Positions 49,850 through 64,000 of a DNA stretch of 64,000 nucleotides are shown piece after piece. How positions within the stretch are numbered: the stretch's first letter is position 1; each line of letters begins with the position of its first letter. Made by a program: the position numbers and the translations under genes. Under the pieces are notes generated by a model. It saw nothing but the letters and a program-made list of their open reading frames with translations, searched no databases and was not told where the DNA came from. This DNA is from Sphagnum compactum (lineage: Eukaryota): assembly GCA_965153455.1 (NCBI GenBank), contig OZ234493.1:6200001-6264000 (forward strand), read 5' to 3'.

Positions 49850-52800
49850 TTAGCAATTTTGACTTTCACCAGATCTGTTGCCAGTGACTTGCTGCCTCAA
49901 CCTCTCTTCACTGGTTGAGATGATGCCTTGTTGAGTAGTTGAGCTTGTTGAACCAGGATTGCCAAGTTCTGGATTAAAACTGGATTCAACTCTGGTGATA
50001 GGGTTTCCAGTTTCTCGAAACAATGAGAGGAAAAGTGATGGGCTTCCCAACATCCATGGCACTACTGAACCAAAAGCCATGAAAGACGAGTGTAATACTG
50101 CACTTGGTGATGTTACCTCTTCAGAGCCAGTTAGCCGAAATCTAGATGCTGTACCTCTTCCCCTGTCATGCTCTCGTTCTCTTTGAGACCTGGCATCTAC
50201 TGCATCCATTTCTGTGCTTCTGTCACTACTCCCAGTCTCATGAATTACATTGTTAATCCAGTTGCTTATTCTAGCATCAAACTGTGCCCTACTTGTGTGA
50301 AGATCAGGTGACTCCATGGTAACACCAGGAACAAGAGGGCTGCTAGATTCAATACTACTATTAGATAGGTTAGTCAGCCCACGGGATCCACTGGGAGTTT
50401 GAGTATCTAAAAATCCAATACCCATCTGGGCATCATAGATACCTGAACTCTGATCATCAGTCCTGGCCAAGGCCCTTGCTGTGCCACTAAGATTTGTTGC
50501 CTGTGTCATATGCACTGTAGAAGTGAGAATGGCAGATGATGTGATATGGAGTTGCTGATGCTGTAACAGTGCCCTTTCTTGCAAAAAGGTCTGAAGTGCT
50601 GGAATCTGGTCCCAGAAGATGCATTAGTAAATGGAAACTACATCCTGCACCACTAGCAACTTATCAAACAGCAAGACATAATGTCCTAAGGTTGGGTATA
50701 ATCCAGTGGTATTCCAGTCCTGTAAGCAGGTCTAAACCTCACCCTACTCAAAAAACAGCACAAAGTAGATTTGACCATAGAAAATCTATGTGGAACATTA
50801 TATTAGCTTGGTGAACACCTCCACTTTGAAAGCACTTCTAAGTCTCAAAACAAATACCAACTAGATGAATTAAAAGCTCAAATTAGGACCAGGAACTCCA
50901 ACCTAACATTACAAAATTTAAGAACAATCCTAGATGGTTCAAAAAATTAAGAAGACCTCATTGACAAAAAAAAAGGGTGTTGTAGAGCACCTCAAAATGA
51001 TTCCAAAAGTAGAGAATAAGATGTTGCATGAATGCTGCTGTGGTTAAGAGTGCAAGATATGAGAAGCCTGCACCGCAATCATAGAATTGCTGTCAGGGAG
51101 TTCTGCATTTGTAGAGGTAATGGGAATAAGCCAGAATGTTCTCCAGATTGCCAGCAACTTCACTGTTATTACTAAAGCATTCAACATGTTTGGCAATAGT
51201 GGGCAGCAACAACAGGGAAGAAAAGAAAGCCTTGAAGACATAACATTGTGGGCAGCACACTTGAACATGCATCTGGAACAGTGCATATTGTGAAATAATA
51301 CCATATGTATAAGAAAAAAAATAGATGTGAAACACCATGAAGTACAGGAAAAAGAAGCGCGGAAAATACTGCATTGATAATGACGTCCGCACACTGCCCC
51401 CAATACCACCCATATGCAAGCAATTCTTAAGAGAGAATATCATTGAAAGTTGTCAATCATGGAAACAGTAGAAATCCAAGGGACAGGCCTTGTCTCCTGT
51501 AAACTAGAGGCAAACTGCAAATGGCATCCCAAACAGCAAATTCAAATCAAAGTGCACAGAACTGTGAGGGATGGGCTCTTCTTGCCTGATCATAGTGAAA
51601 AGCTCACATAGCCAGACCAGAGTAAGGACCATGAATGCGAGGAGCTGATCATCAAAAAACTCGAACAGAAAGAAAAGGATGCCTATCATAATCTGTTACC
51701 ACAAAATGCAATCCCACAAATTAAATTCTTGTGCACATAGAAATTGTGATGACAATCAAAAGTTATATTTGTGTTGTTGTTGCCACTGGATTGTACAATG
51801 ACTATTTCATCTGCAAATAACATTGAAGAAGACATCCAGTGATGCAAAAAAAATAAAATTGGAAATTGAATCAAAAAGAAAAAACTGGACTCCAAAAAAT
51901 AAATAGTTACAGTAAACATCAGATGGTGGCAGGAGATGCGCGGAGGCTGTATTTTTGGTCTCCAGTCTCAAATACATTGTACTACTGGTTTATGACAGCT
52001 TTATACTGCTGTTGATGGTTTGAACACTCACCGGAACAAAGACAAGTGATTCCACAACATGGAGAAAGATAAGGCGATAAGTGGGAAGATGATGACGGGC
52101 ATGGTGCTGCAGCTGCACTGTTTGACCCCCAACCAGAAACAGACACATTATATGGTGCAGTACAACATTGGCAAGGCATGAGAGATGACCATGTGTATGA
52201 GAGACATGAATGCCTTTTCACTAAGAGCAGATTCTACATTTGGTTGCCATTGTTAATACAGATAATGGCCTCTGAACAAAAACACCCTGGTCAAAGTTGT
52301 ATATCTGTCTCGGTTCTCATTAAAGGAATAGGAAGATCATACCAGTGAAATTAAGCATGCGGGCCTGAGTCTCCCTCAAGGTAAAGGAGACTGACATGGT
52401 GGTGGTGAAGAAGACAAACAGAGATGTGATAAGTACACCACACTTGAAGACGACGTACTCTCCAACCATTAGTAGAAGCACATGTAAGTTCTGAGCAGGT
52501 AAATTCAGTGTGTTCTCATCTGAAAGAACATGTACACAAATCAATAATCAGAAGAGAAAGTTTCACACTGGCGAACATGCACAAGATGCAACTTGGAGGA
52601 CAGAGGGAAGGAAAAACCTAGAGATTCAAACAGAGAAAACATGCGATTTGACCAACCTCCTTCAGACCTATGGTGGAAAACTCCAAACTCCTGGAGGTAG
52701 TTCAGATTGTAGAGGTCTTTCGTCTGAAAGTTATACAAATAGCCTGTCCAATCAGCACAGGAAGGATCAGCCATCACTACCATAGAAACAAGGGGCTTTT

Positions 52801-55800
52801 CTATTAATGGGTCCTGGCACTAGAGAATGGTAAAGCCCCAAACTAGTACATAGTTTGATTTTTTAATTTTATCATGCAAAGCCCACAGGATTTGGAGTGC
52901 AAACCATGTAAGATAGGAGGCCCTTGATAAATACCTCTTCCAGAGGCATTAAGAAGGCTGTTCATGAGGATGGTGTCGTAGCCAACAATGTTATCAATAA
53001 GCAGCTGCTGCCACCTGTTTTGCAAAGAGCTCACTCAGAAATGTGTTTGAAATTAATATCCCAAGATTGATTTACCTCCTGGATCAAGAATTTTCTAACC
53101 ACAAGCTCCTGAAATTTTTTAAATGAGGAAGTAATATTAAGGTTTTAGAACTGGCTAGTGCATGGAAAAGAGGCAAAGAACTATCCTAGACGAGAGAAGA
53201 GACAACCCACCAACTTCCAAAGCAAGCATTTTGAGCTGAAATGCTGATGTTCACTGTGTGCACGCCATGATGGAATTTGGCACCCTCAGTCATCAGCAAA
53301 TAGGCCTGCATATCAAAAAATTTGCTTTAGAGGTCCATCTCAAAATTACAGAACCAGGGATTGTTCTCATGAAAAGAATCTGAGAATTGATACACTGAAC
53401 TACATGTCCTGGAAAATAGTAAAGATGGATATAACTCAATCTCACCACAATGTTAACCTTCTGATGAGGGCAGATCATAATTGAGTAGACACAGCTCACA
53501 GATGCTCTTACCTTCTCAACACTGTACAAATATGTCGGATCAGACAATTTTCCCAGGTTATCTGTTTGGTTAACATCATAAGACACATATTAAACAACTG
53601 GCAAATGTATGAGAACCATGATAATCATGCAATAGAGAAGGGGATGATATCTGATTGAGCATGGAAATCATGGCATTCAAACACAGATAGATTAACATGA
53701 TATTCAGGCTGATGACAAAGAACCATGGAAATCATCACCTCTCCAGCAGTATCTCACTAAACGCATAGCCTGATACATATAATGAACTCTTAATGTTGGC
53801 TATCAGTACAATGCAAATGTTGTGATCAGATCCTGGAGAAACATGTACCATCAACATTATCAAGCTTGCTCCATGCAACACTCCAGCGGTCCCCATTAGG
53901 GGCCACAATGAATGGCTGCCATCCTGCAATCCTCTGTTCTACCCAGTTTGGTCACCACACATAATACAGCATCTTAGCAAACAGAGGTGTTCAAAATTAT
54001 TGTCAGACCCCTTGAGAAACTAGCATGCAAATGTGGCCTTTTTCTGTCATTATGTTGTGTGTTTGGGCATCTGAAGAATGTGAACTCTGGCAGCAGAACT
54101 CACAAAGACATCTCACACAGAAAGAGAAGAAAAAGACGTCAGCCACAGCTAATGGGACAAAGCACCTCTTCCCCAGGGCAGGCCAAGCCTACTCTGGGTA
54201 CTGTATCTAATACACATACAATTTATCGAGTCCACACTTTAGATGACTAAGAAATGTTCAGCCGTATGAACTCACCCAAATCTTCCAGGAGTTTCTAAGG
54301 CTTTGTTCTGCTCTCTTCAAGCACAGAGCTACATAGTTGCTCCATCTGGTGAGGTGATGCAGTAATGCAGTCCCAATAGATCCTCTGCCAGACCATGACA
54401 ATGACCTGCTTGTCACCTCAGGTCCATATCCTTCATTACCAATCAGCCGTACTGGCTTATAACCTCTCTCTGCCCCTGCCTCCTCCAGCTCGCATGCATT
54501 GTCCATCACTGTGTTGCTCATACCTGAAGCTTTTCCAGCCCGACTTTGTTGGGAGATCACACCTAAAAAACTTGACCAGGTATTGGCTCCAGGAAGGCTT
54601 GGCCCTTCTTCTTTAGACTCTACAATGTGGTGTCTTCCATTCATCTTCACTTCTTCTGGTGCACCATTTCCTCTTTGCAGCTTGGAGGACTCTTGCATCC
54701 ATATGCTTCTGCCAAGAGCATCCTCTGTAAAATGGTTCCAGCTACCTACAATCTGGCATATTTCACAAACATGTGGGCAAATCAAGATTTCACATTTGAA
54801 GTGCATCACCAAATGTGTGATTTCTGTTTCAATACTACACCCCAGTAACTAGCTTGATCCTTAAAAGTTAAGAACTTGATAATTTCACAAAACTGGGTAA
54901 AACCTGCAAATGGGTAGAGATGAGGTGGAAAGAAAACCAGATAGGCAGCTGATTTGCCTAACCACTGGCCAGTCCAGAAAGCCTCATGGCTGCCAATAAG
55001 GAATATATTCAGCAGTACTGATCAATTCTCCATACATACAATTGTATGTAAGTCACACCAAATCCAACTGAGAGATGACCTTACAATATGGTTACAGGCA
55101 TTTCAGATCCAACAACATATCAGTGAACAGGAAAAAGAGGAGACCAAAAGAAAAACTGAGGAGCCATTTGAACAATATTGATGTCACATATGTGTTCAGT
55201 GACCTTCAGCCACATGTAATGGTAATGACCAGCTACCATACAATCAACACAGATTTCATCAGTTCTTGGCATTGTGGAGGTCAAACAACACATTAACCAA
55301 CATACAGTTTTTGTCCCAAGGCAGGCATGTGAAAGGAAGCAAGGTTCCAAACCTGCCCATCTAAAAAAACTGCAGTCTTACTGGTACTATAAAATCCAGA
55401 TAAATAACCCCCCCCCCCCCCCCCCCCCCACCCCTCAGAAAAGAAAGATGTGTTTGATATGATAATTTGTTGGTAGTAAAACCTGCAATACCTTGATTTG
55501 CAGCAACTCAGCTTTAGCCACTTCAGGGCTTGAAAACAGCTCTGCACATCCAGGCTGAAAATACCACACAAATTTATGATCTCAGACCTTCTGCACTGGG
55601 TGGGCTAATTCTACCTGACTGCTTTACATAGTGAAGAACAAAATCTGTTGCCTTTCATCACCAGGAAAAAGCTAGTTTCAAACAAGACGAAATGAACTAG
55701 ATAAAGCTCTATCAAACATTCAACCTTGACAGTCATCTGGACAACACCATTGGGATGAGCACTACAGAGCTAGCTCGTAGCTGCTAAGAGCCTGGAGGGA

Positions 55801-56041
55801 ACAAAGGTCTAGTATTTCAAGTTTAGAGCTAGCATCAACACAGCATGACGAGGTCAAGGTGTGGAAGGTACAAAACCTGAGCAACAAAGTTGACGTGCAT
55901 GACGACGAGCAGGGCAAGCAGAAAGAGCGCAATGCACAGACAGAAATACTCCAGCCCTGACCTAAACTTCGGAGTTAATAGCCTGGCTACTACCCCTGAT
56001 AGACGAGCATGTACCCTAAGAAATGTCTGTTCCGGGTCCAT
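49850..56041 (-). CDS. TMEM259: Membralin (TMEM259)-like multi-pass ER membrane protein
   Basis: Starts MDPEQTFLRVHARLSG...LVVMHVNFVAQPGC. Conserved core: DPTYLYSVEK, WQQLLIDNIVGYDTILMNSL, GYLYNFQTKDLYNL, SLFVFFTTTMSVSFTLRETQ, HVVESLVFVPIMIGILFFLFEFFDDQLLAF, SVRTSLSMQYFPRFFFLYF, FMQHLILYFWNHFEIPAL. Exons: 56041-55877, 55554-55492, 54752-54276, 53933-53849, an uncertain microexon from 53769, 53561-53512, 53305-53211, 53014-52935, 52743-52657, 52519-52343, 52117-52032, 51692-51586, 51393-51302, 51067-50991 and 50605-49850. Confidence 0.93.
51394..51585 (-). other. GC-AG intron in membralin
   Basis: ATG ATC AG|gcaaga ... ggggcag|T GTG CGG ACG restores the conserved FTMI-S-VRT, and no GT donor is available at that position. 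Confidence 0.85.
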
Positions 56042-59000
56042 TTTTTTTCTTTTTGGTGGCCAAGAATCTCTCCCGCTCTGAGACAATCGATGATGCTGAA
56101 AACCATCAGTATCATGTCAACCGTTTCCGTCAATCTTCCCCCCGACCGCCGGCATCTGTAACCTCCCTGCACCTTCGACCTAAAATATTTTCGGAATCCA
56201 CATCGACATACCTGTACAAGGGAAAGAAATGCGTGGCCTACATACAAATCTTGATCTCTTCCGTCTTTCTCTGTCTATCCATCCCCTAATAATTATGCGA
56301 ACATCCTTGAATTCAAGACATACTTCGTCCCATCAAGCACACAAGGCTGCATCCAACCCTTCTGCTACCAAAAAGCGCAAATTGATACATGTCCTCTGGA
56401 AGAACCATCCACACGATTCTGTTCTTCATAAAACCAAAACCCCGCAAACCTCTTCGTCGCTGCCTGCCTCAGATTCAATTCCACTCAAAACACAGAAAAC
56501 GCAAAGAACCAGGAGAGAAAGAAGGTATGGTACCGAGAAAGACACAGCCACAGCCCTTTGTTTACTGTAAAGCCCAAGATGCTCTCCACCTCTGCGAAAG
56601 ACACACAGAGAAACACTCCCCCAAAAAAAAAAAAAAAAAAAAAAAAAAAACAGAAACAGAAACACTCAAAATCCAAAATGCGCAAACAAGGAGAAGATGA
56701 TTAGGTTAGGGACCAAGCAAGGAAACAGATGTAAAACTATTGATTTCCTTTCCTTTAATGTACACTAAAACCAAGCAATCGATCGCAAGAACAGGAGAAG
56801 GCAAAATGCACAACAAACAAGCGGTGTAAGCACAGAACTCAGGTGCACTACAATTCTATTTCAAGTAGGTATATGGCATGGGACAAGCTTGCTAGCACCG
56901 GTCTATCAGAAAAATATTCAACCTACATAATACCAAGAAGTATCTACTCCGACAACAACACTGGCTTAATCAAGGCAAAGATGGGTCGATCCATCGCTCA
57001 GCAGGGCTCTTAGAACGAACGCATTTTAGTGGAAACGCTCTTTCTGTTGGAAACTACGTTTGTTCGGTTTTCTTTTCATTTGCTCAGTTAAGGGAAGGTA
57101 CCGGATGGAGCCCTGACCACCGTAGTAGTTTTCACTGGCTGTCCGACCTCATCGCTTGCCTCCTCTTGCTCATCCTCTTTCCTTGATCTCCGACTAGTGA
57201 ACGAACAGCTTATCCACTCGTTCGCTTACCCGCTCGTTCTGTGTCCGGTAATGCCCCAGTGGTGGGGCTATTCTCAACTTGAGGGGCCTGGGATGAGGTT
57301 TAGATGATGTTTAGATGAGGTTTAGATGATGTTTTAGTAGGCATATTTTCCATCCCTTTATTTTTAAGGACTTTAATCCTTGTAAAGCACAAGGCCAAGA
57401 TTCCTATGGACACTTTAAGTCCTTCACATTTGGGACGGATCTTACTCCTATAAGTGGGGCATATTTCCATCCCTTTTTAATAAGGAGGAAAGGTATGAGC
57501 ACATTTGGTGTTTAGGGTTTATAACTAATGTCATCCTACCACCACCAACAAAGTGCCACAAATCACAATATCATCATTTTTAACATTGCAAGTTATAATT
57601 TGACTTCTTAAACATCATTTCAACATGTCCACACCACAAACATAACGTTAATTAATAACTAATATTTAGTTATATTTTTAGAATTTGCAATCTACTCTAT
57701 ATAACAAAGATAATATTTGCCCTTTATTTGAAAAGAAAAAGACAAAAATTGCATGGTAAACATTAAATTAATTTGTCATTTTCTAATACTTTAATTAACA
57801 CCAATGTTTGGGCTTTAAAATCTAGTTTTTTTATTAAAAAAACTTAGTTAACAATGGTTACTAGTGACATCTTGACATCAATGCCATGTCATATGTCACC
57901 TAAGATTTAATGTTAATTACCGTTTTTAACCCCTAAAAGCCTAAGCCTTTATTTTAACCAAAAAAAGGTGTGTTTTTCATATTTACATATTGAGATTTTA
58001 AAAAATAAAATGAATGTTAAATTTGAAAAAAAAAAGTTGTATAGATATAAAGTCATATTAGTCATGATGATGCTTAATTTTTTTTGGTTCCATTGGAATA
58101 AATGGCTACACATCAATAATGAATTTATACCTTTAAATAATTTGAACTCAAATGTGTTTGCACCTTTTGCAAAAAAATTTAAGGAATCAAAAGTACACAT
58201 GGAATACCTCCAATACATGACAATTATTATTAAAACCCTAGAACCCAAAAGACCCAATACAACTTATATTGGGCCTACTCGATTTTGGAAGTTCTAGTCT
58301 TTTGAGTCGCCATTTCAAAAACAAGAAAAAATGTTGAATCTTTATGTAAAAATTGAGCTACTAGAATCTAAATCATGAACTACTTGTTCTATTATTAGAA
58401 GGGTCCTATCTTGAGAACTTTCCAAGTTTTAAGGTACATATCCCAAGCGTAGAGGCCAAATGAAAGGTATCAAAAATTTAGGGAGGGTAAAAATTGGGAA
58501 TGGGATATTTCATATCCTTATTTTTATTATTACTAAATATGCATTATTTTACTACTTTCTTATGTAGTTTGCACAAAAAACACAATTCAATATTCATGGA
58601 TTTTGTTATTATTTTGATTACTTTTGATTTTGTTCTTTATAACTTTAACATGCATTTTGAAAAATAAATATCAAAATGTTTATTGAAAGAATAAATCAAA
58701 ACATCATTTGCAAATAAAAATTTCTTTTGCTTCTAAAGTTCTTTGGCTCTCTCCTTTACAACATAATATGTTTGATTACAGAAATGAAAAGATGTAAAAC
58801 AAATATGATAATTCAAACTTATTCTACCTTTGAAAATGTCTTATACATAATTCAAATTCACATAATGTTCTAACCAATAAAATATAACGAGTACTTAACC
58901 AACAAACAAATAACCAATATATGATTAGTAACAAAAAAAAGACTAAACAAAGTAAATTAAATTAATAAACTATTGATAAAAATCTATTAACATTACCCCA

Positions 59001-61837
59001 TTTTGTACGTCAAAATTCATCTTTGAAATCCATAAAAGTAATATAACAAAACTATTAATCTACTAAATTAGTAATTGGTGGATTATTATATTAACAATTG
59101 TTTCTAATTGAACTCCAAACAAATGTCATTCAATAGTTACAAATTGAATTTGTGATCATGTCCCTGTAAGATATTGTCTTAGAAATGATTGAAGGTGTAG
59201 TTCAAAATGTGTGCCTCCTTGCAATTTTATAGCTAGATTGATAAGATGGCATATAAGTAAATTCAAAAGTTGCCTATGCATAAGCTACAAGCTTATGTTT
59301 GTACAAATCCTTGTCCAACTTATAAACTAATATGTTTTCGTTGATTTCATCAATATAGAATGACATAATGTCGTCTTAATACTATTGAGTGGCAACAATA
59401 GTTTGTGTCATGGTGAATTTGTGAGTTGACCCCAATGTTCATTCCAACACATCATCTTTTTATACCATTGCATTCTATTAATTGTAATGACAAGGTCTAT
59501 TCCTTGCAATTGAATTACATGATGATATAGATGCAACATATTTACCTCTTTCTATGTTTAAAAATGTAATTAAAGTGTTTTAAAGCTATTTTACACGAAT
59601 GTTCAGATGTTTGAAATAATCATGCAATTATGTGCATTGTGCATTTAGTTAAGTTAGTTCATTGCTTTAATGGGCAATATTGTCCAAAGATTGGTTGGAC
59701 TCATGGTTGACATTGCCACGATCAACATAAATTTGCTACAATTTGTGATTAAGTTGTTCATTGCATATTTGGATTATGTCATGGGTTGAAATCATCCTTT
59801 GATATTGCATCATAATGCATTCAAATTGCTCAACTTGATTAATGAAATGTTGTTACTTTTGATGTGCTCTTATGTTTTAACATGAATTGTACAAAACCAT
59901 GCCTTTGTAACTTGGATAATCTTCTTCAATTTTTTAGTCTACTTGGTTTATTCTATAAGCTATTTATGGACAATTGAATTCAATAGTAAACTTTTAAAAA
60001 TCTATCCAATTTCATACTAGCCATCTCATTCATTACAAATTTAATTGGTGCACTGAATTGAACTACAATGGTAAAGATATTTAAAAAATAATTAATCAAT
60101 TAAATTCATTCCTCAGGTGTTGTCTGTAACAAAGGATGATTTTGTACATGAACTTGGCATGGCAAAAGAAAAATTATATTTTCTAATGGTAAACACCTTG
60201 TTAGGTTGTGGATTTGTATAGTAGTTGGTGCTAAATGTACAAAGGTTTCAAGAACCAAATGAAATTATTATTCTTGTTCTTGAATGATCATTTTTGGATT
60301 ACGAACATGCAATTGATTTTTGTTTTAACATCCTCCTCCTCATCTAGACAAATGTGAAATATTGATTGACTTCAAATTGCTTGCTTTGCTAGGGAAAAGT
60401 TTAGTTGGTTGCATGTTCCACGCGTTCGTGCAAAGGTAGCTACTAGGTTGAACTCCTTTGCCATAGGTACATGAATTATATCATGTGGTGCTTACTATTT
60501 TCTACAATTGTAAAATGAATTTATATCCATGGTCCTCCAAGCATCAGATCCAATGGCTCATTGCTTATAAACCATTTGGATAGAAAAATATAAAAAATTA
60601 ATTCAACATATAATATATTTGCCTTCTTTGTTTTGTTGACCATACCTTTAGTAAATTTTTTCTTATGTTGTTGCCATCGAATCACCTTGACTCCAAGTTG
60701 AGTTTGCTACTTCAATTTGTCCTTTCTCCGACTTTAGTTTTTGTAACTATGTATAGGATTTTGTTGTTAACATTTGCTAGTCTCTCTCTCTCTCATACAT
60801 GGATTGAAATTAAAAATTGCACTGACTTGCAATGGCTATGGTTTAACAAAGTTAGTTAATTTCCATTGACTAATGTTGGCATATGCATTATCACCAACTA
60901 TGCCTTCTAGCATCGTCTTGATTTCAACCCAAGGGACTAATTTTTGTCCACAACTCCCACAAAACATAGCAAAAAAGTCTCCACAAAAGCTTATAATTGA
61001 TTGTGATAATTTTATCATGAACAACAATTTTGAAGATTTTGTGATCATCAAAATGTTTACACATAAAGAAATGTGATAATCAATTCATGGTGTGATGAGT
61101 GCCATTTTACTTTGAATAATCCTTGCAAACTTACTTTGGTGGCCCATTGATATTTGGTTAGTCCTCTTGTAATCCATTCCATAATTCATTGGATATCATT
61201 GTCATCAATATTTGAAGAAATTATCATCACACGTTTTGTTCAACTTAAAGGTTGATTGTTCTAATTCAAAAGACTCAAAGGTTTTGAAATGGTTTCAAAT
61301 TCATACATTTTTTCATTTGAATTTAAAGGGTTGATCAAAACAAACGATATTTTTGACACTAGTTGTGTTTTGTGACGCAAAACATCTAAAACACTGCGAA
61401 CTTCTTTTTCAAACTAACTTGATGCAATCTATGGAAATTTGGATGCAAGAAATGGAATATGACAACCTTTTTCTTTTGATAATTTGTGGAAATCAATAGG
61501 TTTTGTTTAATTTTATGCTTGACTTGCATTTCCTCTCTTTATTTTATTCTTTTAGTTTCATGCTTTTGACCTTGATGTTAGAAAAATTCAATGTAACTTT
61601 CTTCATTCATGATTATCTTTGAAAGAACAACAAACATGTACAAATAATGAAATGATAATTCCAAATATAAACATTAGCAAGGTTTATTAGAAAAGAAAAG
61701 AAAGTGGCACAACATAAAAATGCACAATGTAATGTATTGAATCTCGATTTTGGCTCCTCATTGATTAAGTATTTTCTTAAAAGGTGATGGTTCATTGAAA
61801 GTAATGGCAAAAATTAAAGAAAATGACAAGTGGTTAA

Positions 61838-63483
61838 CACTAGAAGAAATTTTATCTTTTGTAACCAACAAATTTGCAATTACATGTAATTGAATTGTCA
61901 TTTGCAATTGTTTTGGTCATTGTTCCAACTATTTATTCTTTTTGTCATGTTTATGATTATGTTGTAATTAGTTTGTAACTATTCTTTCATTCATATTTTT
62001 AAAGAATGACTTTTCATTTGATTTTTATTCCATAAAGGCCATACATGTCCCATTAGTTGTAAAGGTGACCAAAATTGACCGTAACCTTATGAAATAATAA
62101 TAAAGTCAATATTGAAAACATATTCAACATTATATAAATGAATAATTTTGGTATGCACAAGGAATGTATTAAAATCATATTTAGTTATATTAAAAATATA
62201 TTCAAATATATCAAACATAAATTTTTATACATGTATATTTTTGGATTATTAAATATGTATTTAAAATATACATAAAATATATTATGGCCATATTCCAAGC
62301 GTATCCATGGTTTATTATATTGACAAAAACTATTATTTTTGTCTTATTATTGTTACAATTAAATATTCATTTATGTAGTTAGTAGTACTTACAACAATTG
62401 ACATAACAAACAAATAATAATAATGTTATAGGTAATTTTGTTTGGCTACCTCTTAGCTAAATTATTGATTCAATAAAAATGACAATAATAGTTATTCCTT
62501 TGAATTTTATTTTAAAATAAAATAAAATAAACTTGTAATTAAATGTACTTAATTCAAATAGATTAATAAATAAATTTACCCACAAAATATTATAGTAAAA
62601 TTAATGTAATGAGCCAAAAAAAATCATTATAATAATAAATTAATGATTTCATTTATAATTGAAATTAATGTTGATAAACTATAACTTGCATTTAAAAATT
62701 TAAGTTTTTAGTTCAAATTTTTATAATAACTTTATTGTACTTAATGTATAATTATTGTAAAATCAGTGTAATTATTATATTTAGACAATAATTATAGTAG
62801 TTCCATAATCTACATTTCATATATTTAGTTATTCATAATTAATCATTTATATTCTTTAAATTAATTAATTATAATTGCATAGATTATATTGTAGTATATA
62901 TATATATATATAAATTTCCAGTAATTTTTTATTATATATATTTCTAATAATTTTATTATAATTAAAAATAAACGTAATTACCATAGATTATTATGTTTAT
63001 TATTTATAATTACTTACTTAAAATTAATCATTTGTTTTAAAACTCACGTTTTAATAACAATAGGTAACTTGTTATTTTAAAAGTAAAAATAATTATATTT
63101 TAACATTAATTACATAATCTATAGATAAATTAATTTTTTATAGTTTACAGTTTGAAATTATTGTAGTTATCTATTTATTTATTTATGAATTATGTATTCA
63201 TAACTTATAACAATTTAATTATTTAGTCAAGTATTAATAAGTTACGAGTTGTTTAAATAGGTGAAAATGAATTGTTAATATTTACTAGGTTAATATTTTT
63301 TAATATATTCAATTTATTAATTATTAATTACATAATAATATAATTATTTACTTAGTCATTTACTTGATTTAATTGTATTATATAAATAAACTTAAATGGG
63401 AAAAAAAACACAGTTAAAGTTTTGTAGTTGTAACTTAGTTTAATTTGTGACTAAATTAAAACTTCAAAACTTATTTTGTATTG
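61838..63483. mobile_element. Candidate non-autonomous CACTA (En/Spm) element with an extremely AT-rich interior
   Basis: CACTAGAAGAAA at 61838 is followed by ttgcaa/ttgtaa motifs. A degenerate opposite end ttattttgtattg lies at about 63471-63483. There is no coding capacity. Confidence 0.4.
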
Positions 63484-64000
63484 TTTTTCTCCATTCCCAT
63501 TTTGAGAACTATATAAAAAAGGGGTGTGGTTTTATATTTTCAAATTTAAAAGTAATGGCGTATGGGATGAGCTAAGGAAAAGGCTTAACCCAAGATATAA
63601 TAAAAATGTTTACAGACCATTTTTAAATACCTACCTCCCTCACCTATTTAACTATTTATCTATTTAACTAACTATGTAGGTAGGTAGGTAACCTAGGTTT
63701 GTGGGTAGGTATTTAGTACTAGATACTTACCTAAATACATACCTACCTATTAACCTATTAACCTACCTAAGTACCTAACTATTTACATAAATACCATTAG
63801 CCTACCTAAATATTAACATTAATTTATTTTGATAAAAACTCAAAGTAATATGCCATGTGGTAGATCTATATTACACCACATGTCACAATTTTAAACCATC
63901 CAAGGATCTGAATAGGATGTTTTAAATTATTTCAAAATCAAAATAATTTTTTTAATCTCAAATAATTAAAAGTTGGGACATATGGCTTCATGTCACTTGC

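Noticed and set aside
55408..55429. Long C homopolymer (also the G run at about 19466-19482 and the A run at about 56623-56650) as functional elements
   Set aside because: These are simple homopolymers in intronic or intergenic DNA, length-unreliable in assemblies, with no supporting context.
58500..61830. Possible transposase pseudogene on the minus strand
   Set aside because: Too degenerate to assign by eye.

Overview
This is eukaryotic, land-plant DNA with spliceosomal introns, gene islands and AT-rich degenerate transposon DNA between them. The gene and repeat style suggests a moss, possibly Sphagnum, but that is inference only. Four apparently intact genes can be modelled: an auxilin-like J-domain protein (minus, 4903-1172), casein kinase II beta subunit (plus, 23401-26405), an intronless double zinc-ribbon protein (minus, 39747-39370) and membralin/TMEM259 (minus, 56041-49850). 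Two intron-retaining pseudogenes, a ubiquilin/DSK2 (minus) and an eIF3b (plus), are joined head-to-head at about 10.55 kb with both 5' ends missing. The rest includes a decayed Ty3/gypsy-like element, several TIR-bounded MITE-like elements, CACTA-like ends and tandem repeats of 27, 71, 111 and 190 bp. The most notable signals are a U12 (minor spliceosome) intron in CK2-beta, a GC-AG intron in membralin, the fused pseudogene pair, the 2.66-kb uninterrupted last exon of the auxilin gene and a near-perfect 55-nt hairpin at 48951. I found no convincing evidence of a wholly new biological system, and no rRNA, tRNA or CRISPR array.
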